Shown: positions 19,514 through 29,015, counted from the stretch's first letter. The stretch is DNA of 64,000 nt from an uncultured Deferribacteres bacterium (GCA_964014485.1 CAXHAT010000005.1:95-64094), one strand, 5' to 3'. The notes: generated by a model from the sequence alone, not told the origin. A program made the numbers and translations.

Positions 19514-19985
19514 CTTTATGTTTCCTCATTTTTTGTTGTTCGAACGAGCGATCCTTCCTTATTAATTTTGCGCGTTTTTGTTAAATGCATCACCCCGCGC
19601 AAATCATTCATCGCTCTTCATCCCGTGATACGTATCAATGCTGCGCCGCCCTTGAAATTTTTGTGAAATCGCTTCGTTTGAATTGAAATTTCTCGAGAAT
19701 TTACGATAAACAGGCGGGCGAAATACTTTGTCTACCGGACGAAAAGCGCTCCTTTTGAGTAACACTTTTCGAAGTGCCGCGATTTGTCGTCGTCCCTCAG
19801 ATTCCAAGTCAAATGCTGAAGCGTTTGACTCTGACATGAGTCATTTCTCGATCAAGACCGCAAGCGCTGTTGGGCGCTAGAATATTTCCCGCAAGAAAAC
19901 TTCATTTGCTGGGATTGATCGACTTGGAAGGCAGGCGTTTGCAGTGTAAAATATCCGCCGACTCAAACCAAATCGGAGAGAGAGT

Positions 19986-21434
19986 ATGAATCTAATGAGT
20001 GAGAGTTTTGTGACCGTCTCAAAACAGGTTGGGGCGCTTCTCTTTATTCTAATTTTTACAGCCCCGCTCCTTTCGCAAGAATGGGATCAGTTTCGCGGCC
20101 CGAATGGTTTTGGCGTAGTGGAAACCGGTAAATTGCCGTCGGAGTTCGGGCCGGAAAAAAACGTCGTTTGGAAGGTCGAAGTGCCGACCGGATACTCTTC
20201 ACCGATTTTAAGCAAAAAGTTCATTTTTCTAACCGGCGTGGAAGATGAGAAGCTTTTCACATACTGCGTCGATCGCAAAAGCGGCAAGATTCTTTGGCAA
20301 AAGGAAGCACCCCGCGACCGCGAAGAAAAGCTCGACCACCGCAACAACGCCGCTTCGCCAAGCCCGGCTGTAGACGAGAAAAACGCCTACATCTTCTTTC
20401 CCGATTTTGGCTTGATCGCTTATAATTTTTCCGGCAAGGAGTTGTGGCGTCTGCCGCTCGGCCCGTTTCAAAATGATTACGGCATGGGCGCGTCTCCCGT
20501 CGTGGCCGAAGGCGTGGTCGTGCTCGTTTGCGACCAGAGCACAAATTCTTTCATCATCGGCGTGGACGCAAATAGCGGCAAGGAAATTTGGCGTACGACG
20601 CGTCCGGAAGCGACAAGCGGCCATTCCACGCCAGTGATTTTTCGCCCGGAAAACGGTGAAACTGAACTCGTGGTTCCGGGATCATTTTACCTCACCGGCT
20701 ATTCCGTGAAAACCGGCGAAAAGCTTTGGTGGGTGCGCGGCTTGTCTTTTGAAATGAAGTCGACGCCGGTGCTGCAAGACGGAATCGCCTTTATCAACGG
20801 CTATGCGACGCCGCTCAACCAGCCGGACAGGATGGTGAAAATTCCGTCCTTCGAAAAAGTGATCACCGAACAAGACAAAGACAAAAACCGGCTTTTGTCG
20901 AAAGGAGAGATGACCAGCCGCCGGGACAGCATTTTTTTCGATTTTGTCGATCTTGATAAAGACAAAAGTTTGACGGGAGCCGAGTGGAATTACTACCGCG
21001 CAGCGATGGAAACCAAAAACGGCATGCTGGCCATTCGCGTCGGCGGGCGCGGCGATATGACGGAGAAAAACATTCTCTGGCAATATCATAAAGCCGTGCC
21101 GCAATTACCTTCGCCGTTGTTGTATAAAAACGTGCTGTACATGGTGAATGACGGCGGCATTGCCACTTCTTTCAATCCGAAAACAGGCGAAGTGATGAAA
21201 CAAGGTCGTTTGAAAGGCGCGCGCGGAAATTTCTACGCTTCCCCGATTGCTTCGGACGACAAAGTTTTTATGATTTCGCAGGCGGGCAAAGTTGCGACGC
21301 TCATGCCCGACGGCTCGCTCGAAACTGTCGCTGTCAGCGATTTGGGCGACGAAGTTTACGCGACGCCGGCTGTGGCTGACGGCAAGATTTATTTGCGGAC
21401 TTTGAGTACGCTTTATTGTTTTGGTGAACGGTGA
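19986..21434 (+). CDS. PQQ-like (BamB-type) beta-propeller repeat protein with an EF-hand pair insert
   Basis: It has a signal peptide. Repeated blade motifs: CVDRKSGKILWQ, GVDANSGKEIWR, GYSVKTGEKLWW, SFNPKTGEVMKQ, DGKIYLRT. Two DxDxDG-like loops (EQDKDKNRLLSKGEM and DLDKDKSLTGAEW) lie between blades. Confidence 0.75.
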   Translation: MNLMSESFVTVSKQVGALLFILIFTAPLLSQEWDQFRGPNGFGVVETGKLPSEFGPEKNVVWKVEVPTGYSSPILSKKFIFLTGVEDEKLFTYCVDRKSGKILWQKEAPRDREEKLDHRNNAASPSPAVDEKNAYIFFPDFGLIAYNFSGKELWRLPLGPFQNDYGMGASPVVAEGVVVLVCDQSTNSFIIGVDANSGKEIWRTTRPEATSGHSTPVIFRPENGETELVVPGSFYLTGYSVKTGEKLWWVRGLSFEMKSTPVLQDGIAFINGYATPLNQPDRMVKIPSFEKVITEQDKDKNRLLSKGEMTSRRDSIFFDFVDLDKDKSLTGAEWNYYRAAMETKNGMLAIRVGGRGDMTEKNILWQYHKAVPQLPSPLLYKNVLYMVNDGGIATSFNPKTGEVMKQGRLKGARGNFYASPIASDDKVFMISQAGKVATLMPDGSLETVAVSDLGDEVYATPAVADGKIYLRTLSTLYCFGER

Positions 21435-21476
21435 GCAAGTAAGAGCAAGCCGCAAAGAGTGGAAAAAGAAATTATC

Positions 21477-22448
21477 ATGAAGAGGAAAATCAATTTGAAG
21501 CGAATTTGGATATTTTGTTTTGCAATGATTGTCGCTGGCTGTGGCGGCAATAATTTGGGTGCAAGCTCAGACGTTGGCGAAATCGATTATAGCATTATCG
21601 TTGGGCGCTGGGATGTGACGATTTATGACATTCAGGGCGTCTATCCTTCCTGGTTTGAGATTGCAAAAGATGAGGACGGTTTGCACGGCAGGTTTGTCGG
21701 GCGCGTGGGCCATGCTCGGTTGGTTCCCTATGTCCATTTCGACGGCGTGCGATTAACGCTTTCGCTGCCGCGCCAATACGAACGGCCTCATGAAGATTTG
21801 ATTTTCGTAGGCGACGTCTCCGGCGATAAAATTGACGGCAGAACGCGAAGCGAGCGTGGCGAAATTGTGCGATTTCGCGCGGAGCGCGCCGCTGATTTGG
21901 TTGCTGAAGGCGAGCCGGAATGGGGGGAGCCAATCAATTTAATCCGGGACAATCTAGCGGGCTGGCAGCCGCGAAACACGAGAGCGAAAAACGCCTGGAA
22001 AGTCGAAGATAGCTTGTTGGTCAACACCGATTCCGGCGCAGACTTAATTACCTCGCAAACATTTCGAGATTTCAAGCTTCACCTTGAATACAAAATTCCG
22101 AAGGGCAGCAACAGCGGCATTTATTTACGGGGACGTTACGAAGTGCAAATTGAAGACAATTACGGGGAAGAGCCGCACAGCCGAAAAGCGGGCGGCGTTT
22201 ACGGTTTTTTGACCCCGACAAAGATGATGATCAAAGCGCCGGGCGAGTGGAATTTCTGCGATATTACGCTGATTGGCAGGAAAGTAACGGTCGTTTTGAA
22301 CGGTGAGACGATTATTGATAACAAGGAAATTCCCGGCATAACCGGCGGGGCGCTCAATAGCCGCGAATCCGAACCGGGACCGCTCATGCTGCAAGGCGAT
22401 CATGGAAAAATTGAATTTCGGAATGTCATCTTAACGCCTGCCAAATGA
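21477..22448 (+). CDS. DUF1080 (3-keto-disaccharide hydrolase-like) domain lipoprotein
   Basis: Lipobox: FAMIVAGCGG. C-terminal DUF1080 pattern: WKVEDSLLVN...LITSQTFRDFKLHLEYKIPKGSNSGIYLRGRYEVQIEDNYG...GGVYG...GEWNFCDITLIGRKVTVVLNGETI...GPLMLQGDHGKIEFRNVILTP. I chose the ATG at 21477; the ORF track starts at a GTG at 21459. Confidence 0.8.
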   Translation: MKRKINLKRIWIFCFAMIVAGCGGNNLGASSDVGEIDYSIIVGRWDVTIYDIQGVYPSWFEIAKDEDGLHGRFVGRVGHARLVPYVHFDGVRLTLSLPRQYERPHEDLIFVGDVSGDKIDGRTRSERGEIVRFRAERAADLVAEGEPEWGEPINLIRDNLAGWQPRNTRAKNAWKVEDSLLVNTDSGADLITSQTFRDFKLHLEYKIPKGSNSGIYLRGRYEVQIEDNYGEEPHSRKAGGVYGFLTPTKMMIKAPGEWNFCDITLIGRKVTVVLNGETIIDNKEIPGITGGALNSRESEPGPLMLQGDHGKIEFRNVILTPAK

Positions 22449-22460
22449 TCTAATACGATG

Positions 22461-22503
22461 AAAGCCGGAGCTTCTCGAATTTTCAGGAGATCCGGCTTTT
22501 TAT
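22461..22503 (+). terminator. rho-independent terminator between convergent genes
   Basis: aaagccgga ... tccggcttt forms a hairpin followed by tt(t)at. Confidence 0.6.
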
Positions 22504-22533
22504 GACAATTATGCGCTCTTGACAAAAACGGCG

Positions 22534-22806
22534 TTAATCAAAGTCAAAAATGTCTTCGAGGAATGAGCCGCGTTTGCGCTTTTTCTTTTTGTAATGATAA
22601 TCGTCGTCATACCTGTCGCGACGATAACTCGGCTCTGGAGCTGGAGCGGATCTTCCTTGAGACATCGAACCCATTGTCCGGTCAATAATTTTATCCAATT
22701 CGCCGCGATCCAGCCAAACGCCGCGACACTTTTTGCAATAATCGATTTCTATTCCCTGGCGCTCACTGATTTCCAGTTCTTCCATACATTTCGGACATAA
22801 CATCAT
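22534..22806 (-). CDS. TFIIB-type zinc-ribbon protein
   Basis: CPKC...-CKKC zinc-ribbon pattern (MLCPKCMEELEISERQGIEIDYCKKCRGVWLDRGELDKI), followed by a basic/acidic tail. Confidence 0.7.
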   Translation of the reverse strand: MMLCPKCMEELEISERQGIEIDYCKKCRGVWLDRGELDKIIDRTMGSMSQGRSAPAPEPSYRRDRYDDDYHYKKKKRKRGSFLEDIFDFD

Positions 22807-22911
22807 AATCGCTTCTCCTGTGTTTGTTCGTGCTGTAATTCAAATTATCAATCATAACTTTTGAAAGCAAACTGAATTTCAGCCCGCCCAAAGAATGGCA
22901 GGCAGTTGCGC

Positions 22912-23154
22912 TTATGAATAGAAGTGATTGCGTAAATCATCTTCAGGAATATAGCGCGACGCTTGTCTTAAAATGGCACGGGACGTTCCAGTATCTAATT
23001 CGTGATGCATTGGGATTGTGAGAGTTTGCTTCTCGCCGCTTGCTGTTGTCCGTCGTAACTTTGCATGACTGCCGCGTTGCGATATGAGCTCGAAATCGAA
23101 TCGGCGGAATATTTTGACGACGTCAGTTCCAGACAACCGGCGCAGTTTAGGCAT
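22912..23154 (-). CDS. hicA: type II toxin HicA (mRNA interferase)
   Basis: 80 aa. HicA pattern: LSGTDVVKIFRRFDFELISQRGSHAKLRR....LTIPMH.ELDTGTSRAILRQA. It overlaps the upstream hicB by 8 nt. Confidence 0.85.
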   Translation of the reverse strand: MPKLRRLSGTDVVKIFRRFDFELISQRGSHAKLRRTTASGEKQTLTIPMHHELDTGTSRAILRQASRYIPEDDLRNHFYS

Positions 23155-23380
23155 AAACCGGTTCCATTTCCAAAGTGATGAGTATTGCTGGATCAGGAAC
23201 TAATCCGAGCTCGGCCAAGTCTTCATCTTCCAGATGAAGCTGTACCGCTTCTCGGAGATTTTGAGTTACTTCATCGAGCGTCGCTCCCTGCGTCACGACG
23301 GGGATCTCCAGGCATTCGGCGACATATCCGAGTTGTTCTCCGGGGCGAACAAAAGCTTTGATCGTTCGTTGCAATCTCAT
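23147..23380 (-). CDS. hicB: type II antitoxin HicB-like (UPF0150 fold)
   Basis: 77 aa. HicB N-domain pattern: YVAECLEIPVVTQGATLDEVTQNLREAVQLHLE. It is positioned immediately upstream of, and overlapping, hicA. Confidence 0.75.
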   Translation of the reverse strand: MRLQRTIKAFVRPGEQLGYVAECLEIPVVTQGATLDEVTQNLREAVQLHLEDEDLAELGLVPDPAILITLEMEPVYA

Positions 23381-23480
23381 TCTGTAAGTCTCCTGATATC
23401 TTGTTCAAACCAATCGTAATGGCCGAAAAACTCTTGCTGTAAAATAGCGAAAATGTGAAGCGATGCAATAACAATATCAA

Positions 23481-23642
23481 TCACTCATATTTCAAAGCTT
23501 TCACCGGATTCGCCGAAGCGGCGCGGATGGATTGGACGCTGACGGTCAGCCATGCAATGAGCAAGGCGCTGAGTCCGGCCAAGGCCAAAATTCCTGCGCC
23601 AACGTCGATGCGATAGGCGAAATTTTCCAACCATTTTTCCAT
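23481..23642 (-). pseudogene. orphan 3' fragment (last 53 codons plus stop) of an FtsX/MacB-type ABC permease gene
   Basis: 162 nt align without gaps to 24484-24645, the 3' end of the intact permease gene, with 10 mismatches. It translates to MEKWLENFAYRIDVGAGILALAGLSALLIAWLTVSVQSIRAASANPVKALKYE*. Homology stops exactly at the ATG. Confidence 0.85.
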
Positions 23643-23696
23643 GATAAATTCGATTCTATTCGGAATTCAATAAAAGGTCTTGTTCAAAAAAACAAC

Positions 23697-23725
23697 TTGA
23701 CGGCTCTATCACAATGTGATACATT
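23697..23725 (+). promoter_or_regulatory. candidate sigma70 promoter with embedded palindromic operator for the RelE/XRE operon
   Basis: TTGACG (23697-23702), a 17-nt spacer, then TACATT (23720-23725). The spacer holds the 15-nt palindrome tatcacaatgtgata (23707-23721). The toxin ATG is at 23732, so the transcript would be leaderless or nearly so. Confidence 0.45.
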
Positions 23726-23731
23726 TATACC

Positions 23732-24106
23732 ATGCTGAAACTGAAAACTAAATGGTTTAATAAATGGGCGAAGAAGAATTCAATTTCTAATGACGCTTTG
23801 TCAAAAACGCTTGATGCTTTAGCGAAAAACCTTAGCGTCGTCAATTTAGGAAGCGGCTTGTATAAGATTCGAACTGCAAAGGCGGGGCTAGGGAAGAGCG
23901 GCGGCTACAGGACGCTCGTTGTTTACAAAAAATTGGATAAGGCGATATTTGTTTACGGGTTTTCTAAAACAGATCGAGAGAATCTAAACAGCAAAGAATT
24001 GGCGTACTTTAAAAAATTGGCAAAAGACTTGTTGCTGATAACCGATGATGAATATGCACGGCAGGTAAGGTTGGGACATTTTTTTACTTTGGAGAATGAA
24101 AGGTGA
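23732..24106 (+). CDS. RelE/ParE-superfamily toxin
   Basis: 124 aa. Signature blocks: WFNKWAKKN, GKSGGYRTLVVYKK, FVYGFSKTDRENLNSKEL..FKKLAKDLL. These are characteristic of the RelE/ParE subgroup that pairs with XRE antitoxins. There is a 4-nt overlap with the downstream gene. Confidence 0.8.
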   Translation: MLKLKTKWFNKWAKKNSISNDALSKTLDALAKNLSVVNLGSGLYKIRTAKAGLGKSGGYRTLVVYKKLDKAIFVYGFSKTDRENLNSKELAYFKKLAKDLLLITDDEYARQVRLGHFFTLENER

Positions 24107-24441
24107 GAAAATCAATAAAGGAAGCTATCGGCGAGACGGTTCAGGACCTGCATATCGGCGGAATTGAGACGTCGTTTTCTGAAAAAGAACTGAAAGAACT
24201 GGGCGTTACGATTCCGGCTGTCGAAATCGATGCGAGCGGTATTCAAGAGATTCGGAAACGCACAAAACTAAGTCAAAGCGTATTTGCTAAGATGCTCAAT
24301 GTCAGCCCGTCGACAGTTCGGCAATGGGAGCAAGGGAAGCGAGAGCCTTCCGGCTCAACAAAAGTCTTATTGGAACTTTTAGATAGAGAGCCGACTATTC
24401 TCAACTATCGAATTAAACCGCCTCAAGCCTACAAGTTATGA
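24103..24441 (+). CDS. XRE-family HTH antitoxin (YiaG/NadS-like)
   Basis: HTH block: IRKRTKLSQSVFAKMLNVSPSTVRQWEQGKREPSGSTKVLLELLDREP. It is translationally coupled to the toxin. Confidence 0.8.
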   Translation: MRKSIKEAIGETVQDLHIGGIETSFSEKELKELGVTIPAVEIDASGIQEIRKRTKLSQSVFAKMLNVSPSTVRQWEQGKREPSGSTKVLLELLDREPTILNYRIKPPQAYKL

Positions 24442-24483
24442 GGCGGCCCATATTGTTTTGCGACGCTTCTTTTCTTCAAGCCA

Positions 24484-26874
24484 TCACTCATATTTTAGCG
24501 CTTTCACCGGATTCGCCGAGGCGGCGCGGATGGATTGGACGCTGACGGTCAGCCAGGCGATCAATAAGGCGCTGAGTCCGGCCACGGCCAAAATTCCTGC
24601 GCCAACGTCGATGCGATAGGCGAAATTTTCCAACCATTTTTCCATCCCGAACCACGCCGCGACGCTCCCGATTAAAAATGCGACAAAAACCAACTTGGTG
24701 AATTCTCTGGAAAGGAGCAGAATGATGTTTGAAATGGTTGCGCCTAAGACTTTGCGCACGCCGATTTCCTTCGTGCGCTGCTCAGCGGCAAAAGCGGCGA
24801 GCCCAAAGAGTCCGAGACAACCGATCAGCAAGGCCAAAAATGCGAACGCAGTAAATGTCTGGCCCAGCCGCTGCTCGGCGCTATAAAGTTGGTCGAAGAC
24901 CTGATCAAGAAAAAAGTAATCGAAGGGGCGGGACGAATCGTAGCTTTTCCAAATTTGTTCAATTTTTTCCAGAGAAGCGGCGACGTTGTCCGTTTCAATA
25001 CGCGCTAAAAGATAGCTAACCGGCGGCGCGGCCATGTAAATCACCAGCGGCTGGATTTCCTGGTGCAAGGAGCGGAAATGAAAATCTTCCACCACGCCGA
25101 CCACACGTCCTTCTTGTTGCAGCCAATTGCCGTCCGGCCCGCGCTCTATTGGGCGTGACATGCGCTTGCCTATCGGATCGTCCCAGCCGAATTGCCGGGC
25201 AGCCGTTTGGTTAACAATGAACGCTTCCTGTGCATCTGTCGGGAAATCCTTTGAGAACCACCTTCCAGCCGTAACCTGCGTTTCCATCGTTTCCTGAAAA
25301 GCCTCGTCCACGACCAGAACGCGCGACATGGCGCGCTGCATTTGATCGTCGATTTCCGCCATGAACGGCATGCCCCAATCGCTGCCGCCGGGCAAATTTG
25401 AGGTCGTTGAGACGTTTTTGATGCTTGGCAGGCGCAAAAGTTCGGAGCGAAAAGCCTCAGGGCGCGCAGTTACGTTGCTTTCAAACGCGCGAATGACGAG
25501 CACCTGATCTTTGTTGAAGCCGAGCTTTTTATTTTGGATAAATTGCATCTGCTGATAAATCACGCCGGTGCTTGCGATCAGCGCGATGGACACGGTGAAT
25601 TGTGCGACAACCAGAATTTTCCGCAAGCGTCCGCTGCCGCCTGCCGGTGAAGCGCTTTTGAGCGTAGCGATTGGCCGGAATGAAGAAAGAAAAATCGCCG
25701 GATAACTGCCGGAAATCAGCCCGGTTAAAACGGCGACCCCGACGAAGCTTGTGATAATCAGCGGATCGCTGAAATAATTCACGCTCAGAGTTTTGCCGGT
25801 CAACGTGTTAAAATAGGGCAGGAGCAATTCGACCAGGGTGATCGCAAGGAATAATGAGAACAAACAAAGCAGCAGCGATTCTCCCATAAACTGCCGCACC
25901 AATTGCGCGCGTTCAGCGCCGATGACTTTGCGCATCCCGACTTCGCGTGCGCGTTTTGCGGCGCGCGCCGTGGCTAAGTTCATAAAATTGATGCAAGCGA
26001 TGAGCAAGATAAATCCCGCAACGATGAGAAAAAGATAGACATACTTTATGTCGCCGTTGGGGCGAAATTCACGGAAGAGATTCGAGTGCAGATGAATCTT
26101 GGTGAGTTTTTGCAAGACCGGCGTTGTCTCCATTTCCGCGCGCTGCTCCGCGGCAATGTGCCGATCCAGAAACGCCGGGAGTTTGGCTTCAAACGCTTTG
26201 GGATCGACGCCTTCTTTGAGCAAAAGATAGAGGTGGAAATTGTTGACGCGCCATTCGGTCAAATCCCAGAAATCGTAGGAAACGAATGATGCGAGATAGT
26301 TGAAGCTGAAGTGAGAGTTTCTCGGCACGTCGCGCACAACGCCCGTGACTTTGAATTGATCGCTGTTGTCGAAAAGCAGATTTTGACCGACAGGATCGTC
26401 CTCTCCAAAATATTTCTCCGCGAGAGATTCGGTAATCACGACGCTGTTTGGCTGTGTGAGCGCGGTTGAAGGATCGCCTTGCAGCAATTCGAAACTGAAA
26501 ATATTGAAAATGCTGGAATCGGCGTAGAGCCCGCCGCTTTCGTAAGCTCTGGTCTCGCCGTTCACAATGAGCGTGCGCCCGAAAAATCGGAAGCGAACGA
26601 AATCTTCGACCTCCGGGTATTCTTCTTTCAACGTCGGGCCCCACGGTGCGCCAGTGCGGGCGGAGCCGTTGCCGTCCTGTTCATTCCAGTTGACCGCACG
26701 AACGATGCGGTCTTTATTTTCGTGGTAAGTATCGAAGCTCAATTCATCGCGCACGAAAAGGAGAATGAGAATCGAGCACGCCATGCCCATCGCCAAGCCA
26801 AAAAAGTTGATCAGCGAAATCGTTTTGTACTTCAGTAGATTTCGGAATGCGATTTTGAGATAGTTTTTGAACAT
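24484..26874 (-). CDS. ABC transporter permease, double FtsX / MacB-periplasmic-core type
   Basis: 796 aa. The N-terminus (MFKNYLKIAFRNLLKYKTISLINFFGLAMGMAC) is typical of the family. There are two FtsX four-helix modules, each with a large periplasmic domain. No cognate ATPase gene is adjacent. Confidence 0.85.
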   Translation of the reverse strand: MFKNYLKIAFRNLLKYKTISLINFFGLAMGMACSILILLFVRDELSFDTYHENKDRIVRAVNWNEQDGNGSARTGAPWGPTLKEEYPEVEDFVRFRFFGRTLIVNGETRAYESGGLYADSSIFNIFSFELLQGDPSTALTQPNSVVITESLAEKYFGEDDPVGQNLLFDNSDQFKVTGVVRDVPRNSHFSFNYLASFVSYDFWDLTEWRVNNFHLYLLLKEGVDPKAFEAKLPAFLDRHIAAEQRAEMETTPVLQKLTKIHLHSNLFREFRPNGDIKYVYLFLIVAGFILLIACINFMNLATARAAKRAREVGMRKVIGAERAQLVRQFMGESLLLCLFSLFLAITLVELLLPYFNTLTGKTLSVNYFSDPLIITSFVGVAVLTGLISGSYPAIFLSSFRPIATLKSASPAGGSGRLRKILVVAQFTVSIALIASTGVIYQQMQFIQNKKLGFNKDQVLVIRAFESNVTARPEAFRSELLRLPSIKNVSTTSNLPGGSDWGMPFMAEIDDQMQRAMSRVLVVDEAFQETMETQVTAGRWFSKDFPTDAQEAFIVNQTAARQFGWDDPIGKRMSRPIERGPDGNWLQQEGRVVGVVEDFHFRSLHQEIQPLVIYMAAPPVSYLLARIETDNVAASLEKIEQIWKSYDSSRPFDYFFLDQVFDQLYSAEQRLGQTFTAFAFLALLIGCLGLFGLAAFAAEQRTKEIGVRKVLGATISNIILLLSREFTKLVFVAFLIGSVAAWFGMEKWLENFAYRIDVGAGILAVAGLSALLIAWLTVSVQSIRAASANPVKALKYE

Positions 26875-27282
26875 GACAACGGCCTCGTTTAGGAAGGTTG
26901 TTTTTTAACGCGGAGTTGGTTGAGTCGCAACGCTTCTTGCGGCTTGATCATGAACTCCAGTTTTGCGTGAAAAGTCATCCCGTTTCAAAAACCAATATTT
27001 ATACCAACAGTTTGTTGAAACGCCTACCCGAGAAATCTTTTGACGGATCGATTGTTTTGAAGAGTAGTTAAGTTCTTTAGAAACAGTGGTTTTTGGAGTT
27101 CGTTGGAGTGCTCAAAAAAGACCTTAGCCAGTTACGGCTTAAGTTTGCGAAGACTTCCTTCGGCGCGCCTTTATCCGTTTGCAAAACACCGTCTGTGCGG
27201 TGGCGAACAAGAATCGATTGACCAATGCCAACCAGCAATTGCTTGACCCTGAGAGAATTCGGTGTTTTATTGGGAGTGATGA

Positions 27283-28878
27283 ATGAGAATGATTCTATTT
27301 ATCAGGAGTGTTGTTATGCTGTTGTTCCTGTCGATAAATCGAATTGGTCGGGAGTTGATTCTTCGAGCTCTTGATCATAGACTTGCGATAATATTTGTAC
27401 TTTTTGGATTGTTCGCCTCTCCGCTTTCTTCACAACCTGCCGAGAATTACGATTATCATCAATCCACGCAAATGATGGTTTATCGCGGGACGCAAGCGTT
27501 GATGATTTGCAACGGTTTGTTTGTCTCGAATCGAACGCTGGAGCAAATTTATGCACAGGAATTGAAGCTGAATCACATGCCGGTTTTGCCGCCGTCGATG
27601 GTGGAAATTGATCGGGAAAAACGCACCGTGGCGGTCGGCGTCGGAGGCAACAGCTCAATTCCTGTGATGCGCGCCGTTTACCGCGAAGGTCTGGGAACGG
27701 TGTTGTTGGCTCCGGATCAGGATTTTGATGACATTGACGAGCTGCCCGAACTAAAAATGCCGCCGCTCTCCAGTGATCCCGGCAAAATTTCCTGGCCGGA
27801 TGGGGATTTACACACCGACAAGATTCTCCCTAAAGGCGTTTCAAAAAAGGCGCTCGAGGCGGCGGGAGAATGGGCTTTTAATCGCATTGAACATGGCGGA
27901 CACGATTCGCAAATTACGCTTAGTTTGTTGGTGGTTTACAAAGGCCAGATTCTTTACGAACGTTACGCGCCGGGCGTTGATTTTACTACAAAAACGCGTA
28001 CCTGGTCGACTGCGAAAAGCATTGCCAGCACGCTCATTGGCATAGCTGTCGGGCAGGGAAAGCTTTCTTTGGACGAGTCGTTGCCATACAAAAATTGGGG
28101 CCCCAAAATTACCGGTGACGATACGACCGATCCGCGACGCGCGATTACTTTGCGCAATGTTTTGCATATGTCGAGCGGGCTTTATCCGGTGGACAATCGG
28201 TTTTGCCACGTGGTCGGCTCGTGTCTGAGTTATTGGTGCGGCGCAAGCTCGGTTCGCGGCGCGCTGGATCGCGGACTCATCCGTGCGCCAGGGAAGCATT
28301 GGGACTACGAAAACTACGACACAATTCTGGCAATTTATGCTTTGAAGACCGCTCTCGGCGACGCGCAAACGTACTTGGAATTCCCGCGCAAAGCTTTGTT
28401 CGATAAAATCGGTATGCGCAACACCATGCCCGGCGTAGATCGATTCGGCGATTATGTGATGAGCAGTCAAGTCTACACGAACGCGCGCGATTTGGCGCGG
28501 CTTGGGCTTTTGCACTTAAACAAGGGTAAATGGAACGACGAGCAAATTTTGCCGAAAGAATGGGTGGAATTCGTCCGCACGCCTGCACCTTCTACTGAGA
28601 AAACGGGTCGATTCTATGGCGGGCAATGGTGGCTCGCTCCAGACGACCGAACGGATATTCCAGCGGGCGCTTATTCGACCGCCGGGCATCGAGGGCAGCA
28701 TACTGTGGTCGTGCCGTCTCAGGATTTGGTGATCGTGCGACGCGGGCTCGATTGGCAGCCGGGAAAATATCGTTTTTCCTGGCATGACCTGACGCGCGAA
28801 GTGATGAAAGCATTGCCGAAACGTCCCTGGGGTGAAAAGCCCGGCGATTCGATGCGTAGCGAAACCGGTTCTGAATGA
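27283..28878 (+). CDS. serine hydrolase, beta-lactamase/transpeptidase-like family
   Basis: It has an SxxK motif in context (TRTWSTAKSIASTLIGIAVGQG) and an N-terminal hydrophobic anchor. The start codon is uncertain. Confidence 0.7.
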   Translation: MRMILFIRSVVMLLFLSINRIGRELILRALDHRLAIIFVLFGLFASPLSSQPAENYDYHQSTQMMVYRGTQALMICNGLFVSNRTLEQIYAQELKLNHMPVLPPSMVEIDREKRTVAVGVGGNSSIPVMRAVYREGLGTVLLAPDQDFDDIDELPELKMPPLSSDPGKISWPDGDLHTDKILPKGVSKKALEAAGEWAFNRIEHGGHDSQITLSLLVVYKGQILYERYAPGVDFTTKTRTWSTAKSIASTLIGIAVGQGKLSLDESLPYKNWGPKITGDDTTDPRRAITLRNVLHMSSGLYPVDNRFCHVVGSCLSYWCGASSVRGALDRGLIRAPGKHWDYENYDTILAIYALKTALGDAQTYLEFPRKALFDKIGMRNTMPGVDRFGDYVMSSQVYTNARDLARLGLLHLNKGKWNDEQILPKEWVEFVRTPAPSTEKTGRFYGGQWWLAPDDRTDIPAGAYSTAGHRGQHTVVVPSQDLVIVRRGLDWQPGKYRFSWHDLTREVMKALPKRPWGEKPGDSMRSETGSE

Positions 28879-29015
28879 CATGCGGTGACCATGTTAAAAA
28901 GTGTCCCGATTTTTGAAAAAAAGCCGCTTTTTAAAAGGAGAAAATGAATTTAAAGTAATTAAAAACATAAAGTTAACTATTTTGCCGGCGCCGGCAAAAT
29001 GGTCTGGGAGGGATT

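Noticed and set aside
19604-19837. 77-aa minus-strand ORF in the gap upstream of the propeller gene.
   Set aside because: Its start overlaps a REP-type hairpin (gtcaaatgctgaagcgtttgac). It has no RBS and no recognisable features. I left it unannotated.
19924-19943. TTGGAAGGCAGGCGTTTGCA upstream of the propeller gene as a possible sigma54 promoter.
   Set aside because: Either register gives the wrong spacing (15 or 11 nt rather than 12).
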